Positions 57,036-60,057 of a DNA stretch of 60,057 nt are shown here, piece after piece (the stretch's first letter is position 1; every line of letters begins with the position of its first letter). Location: positions 1-60,057 of the forward strand of contig CAYVPV010000003.1 of assembly GCA_964453925.1 (NCBI GenBank), given 5' to 3'. The notes under the pieces are model-generated. The model was not told the DNA's origin. It ran no database searches and saw only the letters and a program-made list of their open reading frames with translations. This DNA comes from an uncultured Muribaculaceae bacterium. GTDB taxonomy: Bacteria; Bacillota_I; Bacilli_A; RF39; UBA660. Made by a program: the position numbers and the translations under genes.

Positions 57036-57739
57036 AAAAAATATTAGTATGTAATCATAAGATGTTTTTAACTCATGATGAAGCAATTGTTTTAAAGGAA
57101 AAAATGGATAATATTGATATTTCAAATACAAATTTAATCGTATGCCCTAGCTATTTGAATTTTAATGTATTTAATAATTATATTTTAGGAGCACAAGATT
57201 GTTTTTATGAAGATAAGGGGGCATATACCGGGGAGATATCGTCCTATGATTTACATCTTAGAGGAATTATGTACTCAATTATAGGACATTCTGATAGGAG
57301 AAAGTATGATACAAATGTAATTATAAATAAAAAAGTAAAAGCTTGTCTTAAAAACTCTATTACTCCAATTATTTGTATTGGTGAAACAAAAACTGATAAA
57401 GAATTAAGAAAAACAAGCGAAGTTTTAAAAAAACAAGTAACAACAGCATTAGATGGCGTAGTTTTAGAAGATGGTATGGAAGTTATAATTGCTTACGAAC
57501 CGGTTTGGGCCATAGGCGGAATAAAAAGTCTTTCTATAACGGAGATAGAAGATACCCTAACATATATTCGCAAATTATTAAAAGAACGAAACGTTAATAA
57601 TTATAAATTATTATATGGTGGGAGTGTTAATGCAACTAACATAAAGAAAATTTTAAGCGATAACGTGGATGGGTATTTACTTGGGAATGCATCTGCTAGT
57701 CCGAGTGAACTGCAAAGTATAATAAAATGTATAAAATAG
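57032..57739 (+). CDS. tpiA: Triose-phosphate isomerase
   Basis: NHKM (NWKM equivalent), IGHSDRR, IAYEPVWAIG, YGGSV. The TTG start is required to include the conserved N-terminus, and it overlaps the GT4 stop by 4 nt. Confidence 0.93.
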   Translation: MKKILVCNHKMFLTHDEAIVLKEKMDNIDISNTNLIVCPSYLNFNVFNNYILGAQDCFYEDKGAYTGEISSYDLHLRGIMYSIIGHSDRRKYDTNVIINKKVKACLKNSITPIICIGETKTDKELRKTSEVLKKQVTTALDGVVLEDGMEVIIAYEPVWAIGGIKSLSITEIEDTLTYIRKLLKERNVNNYKLLYGGSVNATNIKKILSDNVDGYLLGNASASPSELQSIIKCIK

Positions 57740-57745
57740 TGTAAA

Positions 57746-57776
57746 GAAGGATAAAATTTGACATTTTGTCCTTTTC
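57746..57776 (+). terminator. Rho-independent terminator after tpiA
   Basis: AAGGATAAAAT-ttgac-ATTTTGTCCTT followed by TT. Confidence 0.7.
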
Positions 57777-57824
57777 ATTTATGCTAAAATTATGTTATTC
57801 TAAAGTTGTAATACTAGGAAGGAG

Positions 57825-58325
57825 ATGTATATTTTGCCAGATAATGTAGCAAGGGTACTTGATAATGAAAGCAAAGATTTTAAGGTTCATGTTAACCCGC
57901 ATTTTGAAAAAATTTCTTTGATAAGACAAAAAAAAGATGCATTACTTAGTATACGTCTTACCTTAGGTATTGAAAAACTTGTTGGCCCTATGATTAAAAA
58001 ATCAAAGTTGTTACAAATAATTAACGTTGAAAAAGAAAGAATAAATGATGATAGGGTTAAGGCGGAATTAGATAGTGTATTTGCAGAGTATTTTCCTGCT
58101 AAGCAAGAGTTACCGACCGTACCTACCGCAAAAGATGTTTGGGACAAAAATTCACCAGTTCTTAATTCTAGCGTAGAAGAAAGAATAAATAAGGAATTAA
58201 TGTCTTTAGAAGAAATGGAAGATAGTTTAAATGATACTGGGCCAGGAAAAGCTAAAGTAAAAAGTGATTCACACTATAGAAGTAGAAATCCACTAAATGG
58301 TGATATAACGAATTCGACGTGGTAA
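57825..58325 (+). CDS. Hypothetical protein
   Basis: Long ORF. The ATG abuts GGAG, so TTG at 57834 has better spacing. No family recognised. Confidence 0.5.
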   Translation: MYILPDNVARVLDNESKDFKVHVNPHFEKISLIRQKKDALLSIRLTLGIEKLVGPMIKKSKLLQIINVEKERINDDRVKAELDSVFAEYFPAKQELPTVPTAKDVWDKNSPVLNSSVEERINKELMSLEEMEDSLNDTGPGKAKVKSDSHYRSRNPLNGDITNSTW

Positions 58326-58344
58326 ATTAAAAAAATATATACTT

Positions 58345-58372
58345 AGGATGTAGTAACTACATTCTTTTTTTA
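58345..58372 (+). terminator. Rho-independent terminator
   Basis: GGATGTAG-taa-CTACATTC followed by TTTTTTT. Confidence 0.75.
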
Positions 58373-58373
58373 T

Positions 58374-58380
58374 TTCGACA
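58374..58380 (-). promoter_or_regulatory. Consensus 0A box (TGTCGAA) upstream of spo0A
   Basis: TTCGACA on the + strand equals TGTCGAA on the - strand, 68 nt upstream of the spo0A ATG. Confidence 0.45.
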
Positions 58381-58447
58381 AAGTTTGATAATTTAATTAA
58401 AAATAAAAGATTATAATTGTATTTAATTAGCAAGGAGGAAAAGAATT

Positions 58448-59251
58448 ATGAAAGAAAAGAAAAATAAAATAGAAGAAAAAGAAGTAAGAGTATTCGTGGT
58501 AGACGATAATGAAAGCTTAGTTGGAATGCTTAAAGATTATTTTGAAGACCATAAAAAGATAAGTGTTGTAAAAGAAGCCTATAATGGCGAGGATGCCGTT
58601 GGAGTAATAGAGAATAATTTAGAAAACTTTGACGTGTTATTGCTTGATTTAATCATGCCTAAAAAAGACGGAATATATGTTTTAGAACAATTAAGAAAGA
58701 AAGGAATTAATAAACCAGTTGTTATTGGTACGTCATTTAATGCAGACGAAACAATTGCCAGAGTTTCAAAATATAACCCTAAACATTTTATATTAAAACC
58801 ATTTGATATGTTGGATTTGGAAAATAAAATAATGGACGCGGTAAGTTTTAAACCTGAATCTAATTCCAAACTTAATTTGTATCATAATAATTTAGAAATA
58901 TCTGTTACTAAGTTATTACACGGTTTAGGAGTGCCATCTCATATAAAAGGGTATCAATACATAAGAGAAGGAGTAATATTAATGTATGAAAAACCAGATA
59001 TAGTTGGAGCTATAACTAAAGAATTATATCCAGAAATAGCAAATAGATTTGATACAACGGTGTCACGTGTTGAAAGAGCAATTCGTCATGCTATTGAAGT
59101 TAGTTGGAACAGAGGAGATATTGATCTTATGGAAGAGATATTTGGTCATAGTGTAGATTACGACAGAGCAAAGCCTACTAATAGTGAATTTATTGTAACT
59201 GTATCTGATAAACTTAGATTAGAATTTAGTAATGCCAAACAAAGAAGTTAA
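58448..59251 (+). CDS. spo0A: Sporulation master regulator Spo0A
   Basis: Receiver domain (VVDDN...DLIMP) plus the Spo0A-specific C-terminal SRVERAIRHAIEVSWNRG and PTNSEFI. Confidence 0.97.
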   Translation: MKEKKNKIEEKEVRVFVVDDNESLVGMLKDYFEDHKKISVVKEAYNGEDAVGVIENNLENFDVLLLDLIMPKKDGIYVLEQLRKKGINKPVVIGTSFNADETIARVSKYNPKHFILKPFDMLDLENKIMDAVSFKPESNSKLNLYHNNLEISVTKLLHGLGVPSHIKGYQYIREGVILMYEKPDIVGAITKELYPEIANRFDTTVSRVERAIRHAIEVSWNRGDIDLMEEIFGHSVDYDRAKPTNSEFIVTVSDKLRLEFSNAKQRS

Positions 59252-59269
59252 ATATCTTTGTTTTTTTAT
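59237..59269 (+). terminator. Rho-independent terminator after spo0A
   Basis: AAACAAAGA...TCTTTGTTT followed by TTTT. Confidence 0.7.
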
Positions 59270-59328
59270 TATTTTAATAAATTTTTAATAATTAACTGGT
59301 ATAATATATAAATATAGGAGGTATTTAT

Positions 59329-60000
59329 ATGCTTATTAGTAATGATGATGGAATGTCTAAGTTTTTTTCAAAAGTATATTTATGGATGTTTATAGGTTTA
59401 TTAATATCTGGTGGAGTTGCTTATTATACGTCAGTAACACCTGGTATTAAAGGCATGGTATATGGCGCTTTTAACTGGCTTTTAATATTGGAACTAGTTG
59501 TTGTAATAGCATTTACTGCACTTAAAAAGAAAGTATCACCGCTAGTTGCTAAAATTTTATTTATACTTTATGCTGCTATAAGTGGTCTTACATTATCATC
59601 TATATTTTTAGTTTATAGATTAGATAGTATTGGCATGGTGTTTTTATCATCAGCTCTTATGTTTGGCCTTTTATCAGCATATGGTTATATAACTAAAACT
59701 AATTTATCATCGTTTGGAAAGGTTTTAATATTTGCGCTTTTAGCGGTAATAGTCATGTCACTTATAAATATGTTTGTGGGTAGTGGAACATTTGGCATGG
59801 TAATATCAGTTATATCAATCGTAGTGTTCTTAGGGCTTACTGCTTATGATATGCAGAACTTAAAAGCAATGTATAATTATTATTCTAGTGATGAAAATGA
59901 ATTAAATAAAGTAGCTATATATGGCGCGCTTGATTTATACCTGGATTTTATTAATATATTCCTAAGATTACTCCAATTATTTGGAAAAAGTAGAGACTAA
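59329..60000 (+). CDS. BAX inhibitor-1 / YccA family membrane protein
   Basis: Seven TM helices and the C-terminal GALDLYLDFINIFLRLLQLFG motif. Confidence 0.85.
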   Translation: MLISNDDGMSKFFSKVYLWMFIGLLISGGVAYYTSVTPGIKGMVYGAFNWLLILELVVVIAFTALKKKVSPLVAKILFILYAAISGLTLSSIFLVYRLDSIGMVFLSSALMFGLLSAYGYITKTNLSSFGKVLIFALLAVIVMSLINMFVGSGTFGMVISVISIVVFLGLTAYDMQNLKAMYNYYSSDENELNKVAIYGALDLYLDFINIFLRLLQLFGKSRD

Positions 60001-60057
60001 AAAGATAAAATGTAACCTATAAGGTGGACTTCTTAAAAAAGAAGATTAAACCTTATA

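Noticed and set aside
1-60057. Searched by eye for CRISPR arrays, tRNA/rRNA/tmRNA genes, transposases, integrases, known riboswitches and T-boxes (e.g. upstream of cysS), and recoded TGA codons.
   Set aside because: None was found. Intergenic regions are mostly under 300 nt. cysS is only 64 nt from clpC. All conserved genes read through under the standard code, with TGA used as a stop (uvrA).

Overview
Very AT-rich chromosomal segment of a spore-forming low-GC Bacillota genome; Spo0A, GerQ and WhiA are present. The standard bacterial code applies: conserved genes are intact under code 11, and uvrA ends in TGA. I cannot place the organism more precisely from sequence alone. About 50 kb (8.0-60 kb) is housekeeping backbone, almost all on the + strand: uvrB, uvrA, lgt, trxB, whiA, parA/parB, ychF, rpsF-ssb-rpsR, rplI, dnaB, walJ-like MBL hydrolase, rlmH, ung, pduL, a FemAB-family enzyme, dusB, clpC, cysS, clpP, gap, pgk, tpiA and spo0A. 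I found no rRNA, tRNA, CRISPR array, transposase or integrase. The left 7.9 kb is an accessory island. It holds a 5'-truncated RHS/YD-repeat polymorphic toxin with an Ntox44-like C-terminal domain, a membrane-anchored candidate immunity gene, an orphan holin + M23 endolysin cassette with no other phage genes, and a mobile-element-type sigma-like regulator behind a long structured leader, followed by two tiny paralogous ORFs. I flag this island as the best candidate for an undescribed functional unit (lysis- or holin-assisted Rhs toxin release), but that is inference only. The backbone shows many signs of erosion and rearrangement. uvrB and uvrA are split by a 3 kb insert carrying two decayed SOS/phage-associated genes (dinD, rhuM) around an intact XRE/PH-domain/zinc-ribbon module. 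Two accessory genes are broken by a homopolymer frameshift or an in-frame stop. The glycolytic gap-pgk-tpiA operon is interrupted twice, by a surface Ig-domain protein and by a flippase-like + GT4 lipid module translationally coupled to tpiA. A YfcC-type permease is split in two. ClpC carries a naturally degenerate second Walker B motif. Start coordinates were adjusted from the ORF track where a Shine-Dalgarno sequence or a conserved N-terminus supports it. All family assignments come from motif recognition by eye, not from searches.
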